A stretch of 64,000 nt of DNA from Octopus sinensis (GCF_006345805.1 NC_043003.1:32984001-33048000); one strand, 5' to 3'. Shown: positions 1 to 12,667, numbered from the stretch's first letter. Numbers and translations are program-made. Notes: generated by a model not told the origin, from the sequence alone.

Positions 1-115
1 GGGCCAACCTGTATCGGCCTTTGCCTTCCCCTTGGATAACACTGCCCGGACTTGTACCTGGGAGGGTAACTTTCTAGGTGCAATCCCATGGTCAGCCATG
101 ACCTAAGGGGGTCTC
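1..115 (+). mobile_element. 3' half of tRNA-derived SINE (same family as 47240-47563), internally deleted, cut by the window edge
   Basis: Reverse complement matches 47240-47410 (gacccccttcggtcat...gggattgcacctagaaagttaccctcc...caagtccgggca / gtgttatccaaggg) with the central ~60 bp missing. Confidence 0.8.
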
Positions 116-681
116 AGCATATCAACACAATTTAAAGAATTTGTTAATTCAAGAAATATATTCCTTTTATTTCATGCATTTCTCTCACAAACTGTCGTCT
201 GTCTCTCTGTATGTACATTTGTCTATGTGTCTGTCTCTCACTCTCACACACTCAGACCCTCTTATTTACACATAGAGAAACAACTTTAATCATATATGTC
301 TATCGTGCGCGCGCGTGTGCAGTGTGCGTGAGTGTGCGTGAGTGTGTGTGCGTGTGTGCGTCTGTGTGTATGTTTTTGTGTTTATATTTCTGTGTGTGCT
401 GTACGTTTATGCATGTATTATGTATATGTGAATGATCTCATTCGCTTTATACGAGAGATACGAGAGTGTAGTTTTGTGAAGTGACTCTAGACTCAAAGAT
501 TAGAAATTCTTAGTCAACTTTTCTCTGTGACTGTGTGTTCGTGTGCAACATAAAGCGATATCAGAGACTGCTGCGAAGACAAGCGGATCCGCATGCAAGG
601 GAGATAACTGCTGAAGTCTAGGGAGGACAACTTCATACAATTTGTATACTTTCACTTTCTCTTCTCTTTTTGGCACACACA

Positions 682-719
<38 letters not shown>

Positions 720-944
720 CACTGTCACATACACACACAATATGGATATACCGACTCATACTCCAAAACATACATACACACTGGTATCCAGTGGGCAGTG
801 TTGCTGGGTGGTTAACTTGTACGGTTCACATCGACTATTTCACAGTGTCAGGTTTCAATCCATCTCCTCGGAAAATTGGGTATGTGCCATCTACCATCTA
901 TTAGAGCCTCTAACAGAGGCCAAGTATGAGCAATTAGACAGATG

Positions 945-1107
945 TAGGCATGGCTGTGTGGTAAGACGATTCTTCCCAACTCCATGGTTTAGAATTCAGT
1001 CCTGCGTCATGACAGCCTGGTAAAGTAGTTTTCTACTACAGCTCCGGGCCGCTTAAAACATCGTGTGTGAATTGGTATATCGAAAAGTGAAAGAAACCCA
1101 TCGTATA
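945..1107 (+). mobile_element. tRNA-derived SINE, family A
   Basis: A-box-like tggctgtgtggtaag, B-box-like region, ending gaaagaaacccatcgtatat; homologous to copies at 1559, 6256, 49092, 61911. Confidence 0.75.
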
Positions 1108-1139
1108 TGTATGTGTTTGTGTGTGTGTGCATGATGTAT

Positions 1140-1200
1140 GTATGTGTGTATGTATCTGCCTGTCTGTCAATCTATCTATCTGTCTTTCTGTCTGCCAGCA

Positions 1201-1232
<32 letters not shown>

Positions 1233-1405
1233 AATCTATCTATCTATCTATCCATCTTTCTATCTATTTATCTATGTATCAATCTGTCTGTCTGTCTGTC
1301 TATCTATCTATCAATCCTCTGTCTGTCTATCTATCTATCAATCCTCTATCTGCCTATCAATAAATCTATCTATCTGTCTGTCTGTCTATCTATCGATCTA
1401 TCTCT
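1140..1405. repeat. (TATC)n/(TGTC)n microsatellite
   Basis: Direct reading; source of the YLSI-repeat ORFs. Confidence 0.95.
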
Positions 1406-1558
1406 CTGAGGTTAAAAATAAATTTGTATGAACGTCATTTTCGTATTTATATGATCGTCATGTTTATATGATCGTCTGTGTTTCTCCTTATTTCTCTTAC
1501 ATATGCTCTGTAGCTCATAACTAACATGATCATATACAGAAAGGCGTGGCTCCGTATA

Positions 1559-1830
1559 GGCGCAGGCGTGGCTGTGTGGTGAGACGGTTGCTTCCCAGTA
1601 ACATGGTTCCAGGTTCACTCCCACTGCGTAGCACCTCGAGTAAGTATCTTCTATCATTGTCTCTGGCCGACTAAAGCCTTGTGAGTGGATTTGGTAGACA
1701 GAAACTGAACGAAGCCCATTGTGTACGTATGTGTGTATTGTGTGCATCTTTGTGTCTGTGTTTGTTCCCCACCACCGCTTCACAACCGGTGTTATGTGTT
1801 TTCGTTCACATAAATTAGCGGTTCGGCAAA
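1559..1830 (+). mobile_element. tRNA-derived SINE family A, head plus body
   Basis: ggcgcaggcgtggctgtgtggt...ggttcactcccactgcg...aaagccttgtgagtggatttggtagacagaaactga...ttagcggttcggcaaaa. Confidence 0.85.
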
Positions 1831-1937
1831 ATTCACTTGCAAGGCTTTGCTCGGCCCGAAGCTATAGCAGAAGACACCTGCCTAAGGTCTCACGCAGTGA
1901 GACTGAATTAGGGACTATATGGTTAGAAAGCAAGCTT
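1831..1937 (-). mobile_element. Partial SINE family A copy in inverted orientation
   Basis: Reverse complement aagcttgctttctaacc...cactgcgtgagaccttaggcaggtgtcttctgctatagcttcgggccgagcaaagccttgcaagtgaat matches the family head. Confidence 0.8.
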
Positions 1938-2129
1938 CATAAGATGTAGTTAATACAGTATGAGCTTATCATTCATCTTAAACTTTATGATAGTATGTCA
2001 ACATCAGATTCTACGATAAAGTTTACTGATGTTTAATCCTAGTTCTTTCTCTTTCATATTCAGTGGGGTTACTTTCATTGCAGCATTGACTTATCGCGGA
2101 CAGTTTCAGGTATGCCCTGGGTGTTATTT

Positions 2130-2452
2130 TAGAGTATGGTCAATATGACCCTTGGAAGTCCATATAAAACTTTTAGGGCTCCACGCTAGTGAAATAGTAA
2201 ATTGGGGTTCTGCAGTAATATTTTACGGGTCCATGAAAAGTTTTTATTTCAGAGCATGTATTACAAGTAACAGCTAGTTTCTTTCTCTATCATTTTACAT
2301 AGTTCAACCTATACTAGTGAATGTGTGAATAATTAGCAATATGAAAGAAGTATCTCTAAAATTAGTTCTTAAACATCAAGTGACTATGGAGTCCACCACA
2401 ATTAAATAGTAATTGAAAGGATCCCTTGGTGAAGAATGGTTGTGGACCACTG
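2130..2452. mobile_element. Possible decayed hAT/Charlie-like MITE
   Basis: Right end aatggttgtggaccactg resembles Charlie-type ggttgagaaccactg termini; gggtccat-like subterminal motifs; left end and TSD not resolved. Confidence 0.35.
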
Positions 2453-2559
2453 TTTTGGCGTGTTAGCAGATAGATACATATGGATGTATTTATACAACCG
2501 GCAATTTTTTTTATCAAATCGCTCGCACTGTAAACTGTGTGGCAGTTTCATTAGACTGC

Positions 2560-2935
2560 AGGAAAGCTTTCGATTCTGTTTATCACTTTTGACTGTTACA
2601 ACCACTGTAGTTTTCATAAGTGCACGTTACCTTAGAATCTGAAAGAGAAACGCTCAACAAATCCTGGTCAGCAATCCTCATACTATAACTGAAAGCAGAA
2701 CAATTGTGTCGATGTTATAAATCTTTCAAACGGAGAATTTGAAGGAGACAACCTGTCTATGGTTCTGTTTATTTTGGCAATAAATTCATTGTCCTTTCCT
2801 TCACAATAAATGCAACGGTTCCGTGTTACGTTTTGCTACAGCAAGAGACAGTAATGTAAATCATAACTTATTTGTAGATGATATGAAGATCTTCACTGGA
2901 AGTATGTAACAATGCTGAGGGAAAACAGCTGGATT
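2560..2935 (+). mobile_element. R4/Dong-like non-LTR retrotransposon RT fragment
   Basis: Manual translation: DCRKAFDSVYH, NGEFEGDNLSMVLFILAINSLSF, VNHNLFVDDMKIF (RT motifs). Confidence 0.75.
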
Positions 2936-5159
2936 TAATAATAATATATAATATTTTTAACTTGTAGATGGACGCAGGAAAGATACTTATCCTTCTCTAA
3001 AATCAAACGTTTACACAAATGATCTCTCTCTACGTACAGTCCATCTGTTCATATATATATATATATATAATATATATATATACGTTTTATTATAAATAGC
3101 GAAATAGAGAGAGAGAGAGAAAAAAAAGAGAGAAAGAGAAGAATATTTTCTTTATAACAAGAGACGAGAATGCGTGTAAGACAAAAGAAAGAACACGTAA
3201 ATTACACGATTCGTTTACTCATGACAGCTTCGTGGGAACCTTGCTAAACCAAAGCATGTCGATCACTATAAATGCAACCATTGCTGAAACCGTGGGCCGT
3301 ATTCATTGTTTCTACTAGGACTTATCAACATTTATGTCGACAACCAATCACAGAAGAGCTGCTACTAAGTGAGCCTGAGACCTAGCCCCATATACTCGTT
3401 CCATTGCTTTTTTTTTATATCACTGTTCGACTTTGCAAATCTCATAATCGATAGGTTCATGAAAAAAAAAATCAAAATTCAAAAGTGAACCTCTAGCAAT
3501 AATGATGTGTAATACTCGATGTACAATCACTATTCGTGTGTCCAGAGAGTATTGGCAAATCTTTGTCTGTGATAAAGAAAGGTTATCTAAACTAGGAATT
3601 AGTGCTTGGCTATACTAGATCCGCAGGAGATTTAAGAGAAATGAGTATCATTAATTGATTAATTTCGTCTGATATTCTACCTCCGTTCAAATAGTAACTT
3701 GTTTCATGGAGTCCCAGTAAGAAGGATTTTGAGGTTCCTTGAATCCAGACTAAATTAATAAATACCGTACATCACTTTTGAATGCTTGCTTTCCAGCATT
3801 GCCATGCTTTTTTATGCATGGAATTGGCGAACAGTTTAATATGCTCAGAGGGAAAAAGATCATCGGTTTTTTTGTTTGACCCGACAGTTTCTTATGAATT
3901 AGTTACCCATGCATTTGAGAAACAAAGCATTAAAAGTTATGCTGTTTACCAATAAAAAATTCATGACCAATTGGCCGGTAGTAGCCACGGCAATCATTAG
4001 ATGGCACAATATCTCTCCATTGTTAATGAGCCTTTTTTCCACAATTCGATTATATATTTCTGATCTATTAACCTCATCAATTGAATTTTCATTCGCGATA
4101 TTTTACGTTCATACTGAATTTTCATCAGTTTGGTCACCGGTTGGCATAAGGTGTCTTATTCTCGGTTATTTAAATTCTTAAATAACCTGAAAATGAAGTG
4201 TTAACTATATGAGAGTAAATAAAGTTGCAGAATTAGAATCCGATCCGGTACTTTATAGGCATTAAGGAATAAGGCTTCTCATATCGATCAGTGATTAAAG
4301 AGTAGAATATATATTGAAAAAAGAAGTAATGACTTTGTCGTAATTATTTTTTTCTTAATAATGGAGCAATTAACCCCATATAAACAAGAGGTTAATTGTT
4401 ATGAAAAATTACCAGCTTTTATGATATAATCAATATTAAGCTGGAGGAGAAGGAGAAGTAGCTTTTGAAACTCGTAGACCTTCCCAGTCTTTTAAATAAA
4501 ATTCCTAGGATGAGACACTAAATCTGAAACAAATCATCGATAAAAAGGTCTGTTAGAATTAAACAAGAGAAGAGTAAAATAAGGGATGCAAAACTAAAAA
4601 AATATTTGAATTATGTTGTTTCATTCAAGGCCACGTATAATCGACCTATTATATAAAAAAAGAAAAACTCTAGGCGTGATTACCACCTCCCCCCACCTCA
4701 TTGTAAGAGTATGTCTTTGGCTACCTTATTCCATTCGTTCTTCCTTTTCTGATGATGGTAGGATGTAATTTGAGGGAAATTTACCTAGTATTTATATTAG
4801 ATCAAGTGATTATGAGAGGTTCTGCCGATGGTTATCTTTAAATTGTGTATGTGGCTGCGTAATGATCGGGATGATGATTTATCTAATTCTTGCCAGGTAT
4901 TAGTATCTATAGAATAACATAGCAATATAGCAATGGAAACCAGAGATTCTTTTTATACCAAAGTGATATACATATGTGTTTATATATATATATTATTTAA
5001 AACCGTTTGATTCCGTAATATGCGACATAAAGTTTCGCAGGCCTGTCATTGAAGGCAGTCTTTTTGAGGCAAAAAGAGGCCAAACTGTTTTAAATAATAC
5101 ACGGAACTCCTACTAAATGCGTAGAGTGCCATTTTCTTCCGTTTTTCCAATCATTCGTA

Positions 5160-5216
5160 TATATATATATATAATTTTAATATATATATATATAATTTTA
5201 ATATATATATATATAA

Positions 5217-5261
<45 letters not shown>

Positions 5262-5311
5262 AATATATATATATATATATAATTTTAATATATATATATA
5301 TATATATAATT

Positions 5312-5350
<39 letters not shown>

Positions 5351-5397
5351 ATTTTAATATATATATATATATAATTTTAATATATATATATATATAA

Positions 5398-5477
<80 letters not shown>

Positions 5478-5502
5478 TTTAATATAATATATATATATAT
5501 AA

Positions 5503-5597
<95 letters not shown>

Positions 5598-5600
5598 AAT
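5160..5600. repeat. (TA)n array periodically interrupted by ATTTTA (variable-length minisatellite)
   Basis: Direct reading: repeated tatatata-attttaa-tatata units. Confidence 0.9.
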
Positions 5601-5726
5601 ACGGAGCTAATAAATCAGGAGAAACATATTTGCGAAGAAATAACTCTATTATTATCTAGTGTGACAATTAAAAATGATAATAACAGAATGAATAACATAG
5701 GCGATTACGCCCCTCTCCCCAAAAAA

Positions 5727-6030
5727 CTTGATCTCTCTACTAGATGCTTCTGCCACGGCCAAATCTATGTTGCTTGCTCACGAGTTGGAAGCAGCAACAA
5801 TTTATTATTTCGACACCAACATAAAATTACACAATGAATATTATTTACTATGAGGTGCTTCAACATTGATAGATTTTCAGTTCGAAATTCTGTTATCATG
5901 ACAATTTGGATATTTTAAGAATAAAATATAAATATTTTGAAATAATTATGAGAATATATCTTTATATTTATTGTTTACTAATCTGAATTAGAACAGCAGT
6001 AACCAGGGAAACGCCAGATCATTCAGCTTG
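5727..6030 (+). mobile_element. Helitron PIF1-helicase C-terminus and decayed 3' end
   Basis: Translation LDLSTRCFCHGQIYVACSRVGSSNNL (HGQLYVA.SRV motif); gcagtaaccagggaaacgccagatcattcagcttgt resembles a decayed Helitron hairpin + CTRR terminus. Confidence 0.7.
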
Positions 6031-6255
6031 TATGCGGCTGTCTGTCATCGTTAATTTCTATATACGTCCAGCATTTACATGCAGGACAATTAAACGAACT
6101 GGTAGTGTTTGATTTTTAAAAACAAATAGAATTTCTTTTGAAAAATGTATCTTCATAGCGTGCATAATAATATCTATATTATTGTTATCTATAATATATG
6201 TATTAACAAATTGTATTATATCACGTTGGTGATTAATAATTACAATTTTTATTAT

Positions 6256-6378
6256 AGACACAGACGTGACTGTGTGGTGAAAAATTTGCTTCCCAACCAC
6301 ATCGTTTCGGGTTCAGCCACACTGCAACAATATGCTTGTGAGTGAATTTAGTAGAAAGAAACTGAAAAGAAATCCGTC

Positions 6379-6382
<4 letters not shown>
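6256..6382 (+). mobile_element. SINE family A, internally deleted
   Basis: gtgactgtgtggtgaaaaatttgcttcccaaccacat...gggttcagcc...ttgtgagtgaatttagtagaaagaaactgaaaagaaatccgtcgtatat. Confidence 0.75.
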
Positions 6383-6409
<27 letters not shown>

Positions 6410-6411
<2 letters not shown>

Positions 6412-6573
6412 GCTGAAGAATTAAAATTAATCAAAGGACATACTAAGTATGTCTACTTGCTGGAAATGACTCTTATTTAAATAGCCAAGCGATTTAAATA
6501 AGAGTTTTGACTGTTATTTCCAGTAAGAAGACATACTTAGTATGTTCTTTGATTAATTTTTATCATTCAACTA
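6410..6573. repeat. ~165-bp foldback palindrome (MITE-like hairpin)
   Basis: Arms aaaattaatcaaaggacatactaagtatgtct..ctggaaat..actcttatttaaat and atttaaataagagt..atttccag..agacatacttagtatgttctttgattaatttt around a 9-nt loop. Confidence 0.85.
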
Positions 6574-6614
6574 TTTAATGCTTTTTTTTTTGGCGTTCGG
6601 GGTGAGGTGGGGCT

Positions 6615-6735
6615 GCCATCGCCTTGAGGGATTGACCATGAGATTTGTTAATTGAAATACCAAAACTTAGATTGACAAGAAACTGAAGCATCTTAAATTC
6701 AAATGGAACATCTGTAGGTGTTATTTTTAATACGA
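6615..6735 (-). mobile_element. Helitron PIF1-helicase fragment
   Basis: ORF 6575-6757: PTDVPFEFKMLQFLVNLSFGISINKSHGQSLKA, matching Helitron PFEFKRLQFP..FAMTINKSQGQSL. Confidence 0.8.
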
Positions 6736-6755
6736 AATCAAAGAAAAAAATCAAC

Positions 6756-9700
6756 ATGGAAGACTTATTGTCTTGCGCGGTGCAGTTGCATCAGCAGCAG
6801 TAACAACAACAACAGTTACAACAACAACTACAACAGCAACAACAACAATACCAACAGTTATTGGAAACAATGTTGAAGAAGTCTGAAAATAATTCAGCTA
6901 AGTTATTCCCTGCCGAACACGAAAAATACTGTAATTATATTCTGCCGAAGAAACGAGGTGAGATTTGTTTCGATGAAACAATTAATTTATTATCGAGAAT
7001 TTTCAGTGAAAGAATTTCCCTGTTCAATACTCATTGGCAGTGTTCAAATTTAGTTAAAAAAAAAGATGAAGATTTCGTCACCAGTACTGGGGTCATTAAT
7101 AGAGAATGGAAAAAATTCAAATTAAACGAATTAACCCCGGATTTGTTCAAATGTATAACTTTTGTTCAAGGGTTAACAAAATTAGAACAAGACCAAATAT
7201 TAACTCTACAAGCAGTGGTTGAAGAAAGCCTTAGGATAATAAATTTAAGCCTTGACGGGGATAAAGTAAAAGATTGCTCTCAGATATATGCGTGTCGACC
7301 TGAAACGGATAAGAAAAAAAGAAAAACGAAAGTTAAGACCAAATCCATACTATGGATGCGGAGGTTTACAATTTAGAAATAAGTGTTGTTTTAAAAATTG
7401 TAAATGTTTTGAGTGTGGAAATATTGGACATAAAAGCTCACATTGTATAGCGAAACAAAAAACAAAAAAAGGGTAAAAAATAAATTCTAGAAAAAATGTA
7501 TTGTTTACGAAATTTCTAAGCGAGGCTTAGAAAAGAAAATTTGTGTCCATAAAAGTGAATAATGTGAATATCAAGTTACAATTGGATACAAGCATTTATT
7601 TGGAGCAGACTGGAAGGAACTATTTAATTTTATAAAAAAAGTGAATGGTTCTTCCACCTGTACAGATAAGGTGTCGAAGGATTAAAATAAAGAATTAAAA
7701 AAAGACATTTCCTGAAGTTTTTCCTGATGAATTGGGTCTTTGCATCAAAACAAAGGCAAAGTTTCGAGTGAAAGGAAACGCTAGACCGGTATTTAAACAA
7801 AAGAAGATCGATACCTTTCGCAGCGTTGAACGAAAAATTGGATAGACTTGAAAAGCTCGGCGAAATATTGAAAAAATTGTTTTCTCAAAATCTGAGTACC
7901 GTAAATCCTCGAGTATAATCCGCATTTTCCCCCCAAAATTTAAAGGACAAGAACCCTAGTGCGTACTATATACGAGGTTAAAAATGAAAATTATTTTCTA
8001 AGCAATGTCCAAGTCTCTATTTGCTGTCCGGCAATGTTTATTCAGACGCATTTTGTGATGTCGGGCGCGAAAATACCTTAAACTAAGTCTGAAAGCAATG
8101 AAGTCATAAAAGAATCATCCATAACTAGCAGGAAGCAACATTTATTAAACGTTATTACTGTTATTTCTTTATTTTCTGCAAACAAAATGCACAAAATAGC
8201 GACACGTTTGCATATGTTATATGTACAATAATAATAAAGGACGTTACCGTATATATTTTTAAAAACCAAGGATGTTATATAGACCTCCTTGACTCAAGTT
8301 AGAGAAGGGGTGCGTATTATACACAAGGTTTAGGTTTTTCAGAGGTATAGCCCCCTAAAAATCCCCTGCGTATTATACTCAAGGGCGGACTATACTCGAG
8401 GATTTACGGTATGCGATGATTTTTCAACGGGATTAAACGAATGTTTGATGCCTTATAATTACCCGTTACGAAGTCCGTAGGAAATTTTCGCGAAGTCGAA
8501 TGGACGAAAATTTTAATTTCAAAGTTGGACCTACCTGAAGCATATTTGCAGGTAAAAGTCGATGAGAAATGTTCAAAATTATTGACAATAAAAACCCATA
8601 AAGGTTTGTATAAATTTAATCGACTCCCCTTTGGTATAAAGGTAGCACCTGGCATTTTCCAACAAGTTGTGGACATTATGCTCGCAGGTTCGGATTTCGA
8701 TGTAGCTTACCTTGACGACATACTCATAAAAAGCGAACCTCGGGGTTAGCATGCTGAGCATGTTAAAAAGGTCTTCGAAAGAATAAAAGAGTATTGTTTT
8801 AAGCTTAGCGAGGAAGAGTGTGAATTCTATATGCCAAAAAAAAAATATCTTGGGTAGATTATTGATGAAAATGGACCCAGATCAGACCCGGCTAGGGGCG
8901 AGTACAATAAAAAATATACCTCCATCAACAAACATTAAAACGTTATAAGCATTTTTGGGGCTTGCAAATTATTACCAGGTATACATACCGAATATGCACG
9001 ATATAAGAGCACTCCTGAATAAATTGTTAAAATGAAAAGACGTTAAGAGGAACTGGTCGGACAAATACCCAAAAACTTTTGAAGAAATTAAAAACGTTTT
9101 AATGTCGGAAATGTCGTTATCACATTTTGACCCGAATTTAGAAACAGTAGTAACAGCAGATGCTCGTGAAAGTGCTATTGGTGCTGTGATTTTACACAAA
9201 TATGAAGATGGTAGCCTGAAAGCAGTAGCGCATGCTTCGCGTTCATTATTGCTGGCTGAGAAAAGCTACAGCGAAATAGAAAAAGCGGTATTAGCCATTA
9301 TATTTGCGGTAAAAAAAATCCCTATATTTATACATGGAAGAAGTTTCCGTCTTCTGACAGACCGCCGCCCATTATTGTCGATCTATGGATAAAAAAAAGG
9401 GTATCCCCACTCATACAGCCAACATATTGCAGCGCCGGGGAACGATCCTACTGAATTACGACTTCAAGATGGAGTATTTGCCATCGTAAAAATTGGGACA
9501 TGAATATGGTTTGTCAAGATTAATACCAAAATACAGTGAACCACTTGAAGACAGCAATAGCGGCGTTAATAGCCGAAAATGAAATAAAATATATATTGTG
9601 CAATGTTGTGCATGAATTGCCTGTGAGATTGAAAGAAATAAAAAATAAGGCAGAAACAGACGAGTTTATCATAAAAATTATAAAAATATTGAGATCACAG

Positions 9701-10690
9701 AAACAAATAAAAAATACGTGTGGCTGGACGTAACACATTTTCGAATTTGTATTCGATATGTGATGATGTGCTTATGTACGCAAAGTGGGGTGTAATGCCA
9801 ATCTCACTACAAGATCGAATGTTAAAGGAATTCCACACTGGACATCCAGGAATTTCTAGGATGAGTCGCTTATGAGGAGTTGTGTTTAGTGGCGAAAAAT
9901 GGATTTAGATATTGAGAAGATGGTAAAATCCTGCAGAGGTTGTGATCTTGCAGCGAAATAATCACCTGTAAAATTTTAACCTTGCCCCCCCCCCCCCCCC
10001 CCTAAACCGATATTCCATGGTCCAGTCTACACATAGACTTCACAGGAACGTTAAACCGATCATATTATCTACTAGCGATGGGCAACTTTACTAAATGGCG
10101 GAAATATGTAAATTCAGAAAACCGACATCCACGGTAACAGTGGAATTTCTACACCAACTTTTTGCTAGGTATGGTGTCCCGGATACCATAGTCTCCGATA
10201 ACATTATACAATTCACGGCGAATGAATTTAAGTATTTTTGCAAGATGTACTCAATTGAACATATCACTACTCCTCCGTATCGAAGATCAAACGGGCAAGC
10301 CAAAGGATTCGTAGATACATTTAAAAGAGCATTAAAGAAATCAAGAAACGAGCTAGTTGATGACGCAGAATTGACACAATTCTTGAAGGTTTATAGGACA
10401 ACACCAAACCCAAACACTCTGTCAGGTAAGTCGCCTGCAGAACTAAAGTTTGCTCTAAAAATAAAGTTAATTTTTGACAAACTGCAACCAATAAGAAAAA
10501 CAAATAGGGAAAACTCTAAAGATACAACAAAGCATTTTAATGTCGATGATAAGGTGTTTTTTAAAATATATAAAAATAGATCTCAAGGTTGGGAAGACGG
10601 AAAATGGGAGCACAAAAGACATTTAAACCAGCTAGACACTCATAAAATTGATAATATTGAAAACAGTAAAACGTACACACACTAAGTTCA
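6756..10690 (+). mobile_element. Decayed Gypsy/Ty3 LTR retrotransposon internal region (gag-PR-RT-RNaseH-IN)
   Basis: Gag with poly-Q start and CCHC knuckle (CFECGNIGHKSSHC); protease IKLQLDT; RT (DFSTGLNE, DLPEAYLQ, RLPFGIKVAPGIFQ, AYLDD); RNaseH (ADARESAIGAV, YSEIEK); integrase (FARYGVPDTIVSDN, SNGQAKGFVDTFK); many stops and frameshifts; LTRs not found. Confidence 0.9.
7899..8409. mobile_element. 511-bp Tc1/mariner-superfamily (pogo/Tc2-like) MITE inserted in the Gypsy RT
   Basis: TIRs ccgtaaatcctcgagtataatccgc / gcggactatactcgaggatttacgg; TA duplicated at 7897-7898 and 8410-8411. Confidence 0.9.
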
Positions 10691-12667
10691 AGCGAAACAA
10701 AATGTAATAGGTGCAAAACATACTTTCTGCAGCATAGTTTTTGCTATAAAATTGTTTTTTAGGTAATATTTCAAAAAGAAATATTCCAGCATCTTAAAGT
10801 CACCAATTTAACAAAAATTACTATGCGTCACCAATGTAACAAAGTACAGAAAGTCAACATTTATTTGGAACATGTACTACATGTTATAGATTTCAGGATT
10901 TAATGTCATGGTGAAGAAAGTCAAGCTCCAAGAAAATTCAGAAGGCATAATTCAATTTTTCATACAAAAACAATTTATTATTTTATCATTTTTAAACGAA
11001 AGTGTGTACAAAGGAATATATTGCTGTTGTGAACGTTAATTAATTTAAGATATTTGCTGAAGGGTGCATATAGCAAGACATACATAAATTATTTTGACAT
11101 CACTTACTATATATTTTAACTGTGTAAGGTTATAAGCTGTAGAGTAAATACGACGTTAGAATTATTAAAAAAAAGCATTATCTTCATACTGGTTATAAGG
11201 AGTGGAATAACATGTCTCTAATTATATTGAAAGACACGGTAAGGCTTTATACTTCGCCAAGATTCCGAATGTATTATAATAGCCAGAATAACATTTTTTT
11301 AGGCATATTTGTGAGCGTTGTGAGTGCTGTCAAATCAGACAAATCTTCATGTTTATAAAAAGCAGAATAATATTCCAGCACGTCAGTAGTGATAATCGAC
11401 AATGCTGTTTAAACCACATGATGAAAAAGAAAATTCAAACTGTGGTACTTCAAAGTGAACGTTGTTGTTCGTTCAACATCCAGGCTGCAACTAAACTAAA
11501 TTAATTCAACATTGGCGCGTTTCCCTGTTGGGCGGTACAGTCACATACATATACTAAGACAGATACAGACAGACATGCATTCACGCACACACCTCAGGCC
11601 TATCTCTGTTCCTCTGTGTGTCTGTCTTTAGGTGTGTGTATCTGTGTGTGTTAGTCGTCACAAAAATGTATGTATACTGTCACGCATATACCGTCACACA
11701 CATACACTTGTCAATCATCGGCCGAACGTACGTAGCAAACGCGCAAACACAGACAAATACACACTCAAATAGAAGATGTGACGTGGTGGTGGTAGTGGCG
11801 GTAGTAGTATAAAATGTCGTTCAGTTTGAAACCAAATGAAACCAAATTACTCGACTATTTTTGCGCTTAAAATTATCGCGGTTCTACATTCGCTCCAATA
11901 TTGAGCATTCGTTAAATGTATACGTCTTGCATGAAATGAACAACTACCTACGACTTACTTAACTTTGTTTACACGCCTCTTAAATATTTTTGAGTGTCAC
12001 GCCAGATACTTTCAATCAATGCAGGTACATCAGGATTGTATGGAGAATAGTTGAAAATATGCATGACTACCTACCGTACTGATTATGCAAAATAATAATT
12101 AAACATTTCATTGTTTATCATTAAAAAAATTGAAGTTTTCATTTTATATTAACATTTAAAAATTCAAATGGATATTTTAACTTAACGTTACCTGTTTTAA
12201 ATGTTTGACATGTCAATATACGTACTTAGGCATACAATTATTCATTGGTGTTAGCTTCAACTATGAATGATATACTTTCACACTCACATATACATATATG
12301 TATGCATATAGGTATGCATATGGGTGTGTGTGTTAGTATAAAGAAAAGCAACGTGTTTAACAACAAAAACGTAGACCTCAATATCGTTTGAAACAGAAGA
12401 ATAAATTTATCAAATGACATAAGCATGAAGTGCTTACATCCAAAACTCAGAGTTTCTCGATCGCAATTTATTTATCCCTATCGTTTGTCAACTGCTGCAC
12501 GTACGTTCAGTGCAAGAAAAAATGGGTTTTCGCGTTTATTAAACATACTTCCTACAATTGAGGAACGATAGTATGTATCGACTAAATCGCTGTCGAAGAT
12601 ACACTTGGCAAGTGTTTCATGCATGTCATGCAATAATTTTATATATACATACATATATACATGTATA

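Noticed and set aside
480-680. Unique, moderately GC-rich stretch as promoter or 5' UTR (also 3200-3400)
   Set aside because: No transcript, conservation or clear motif evidence from sequence alone
5010-5060. Minus-strand TCAATGA caggcctgc GAAAC tttat GTC
   Set aside because: First box has several changes and stem I is out of register
5980-6030. atctgaatt...GAAACGCCagat as a hammerhead
   Set aside because: No CTGANGA box; better explained as a Helitron 3' hairpin
6411-6460. ag CTGAAGA attaa-aa-ttaat CAAAG gacatac-taa-gtatgtc TA ct hammerhead-like fold
   Set aside because: G12 is C, a base is bulged, and the opposite arm of the palindrome does not preserve the core
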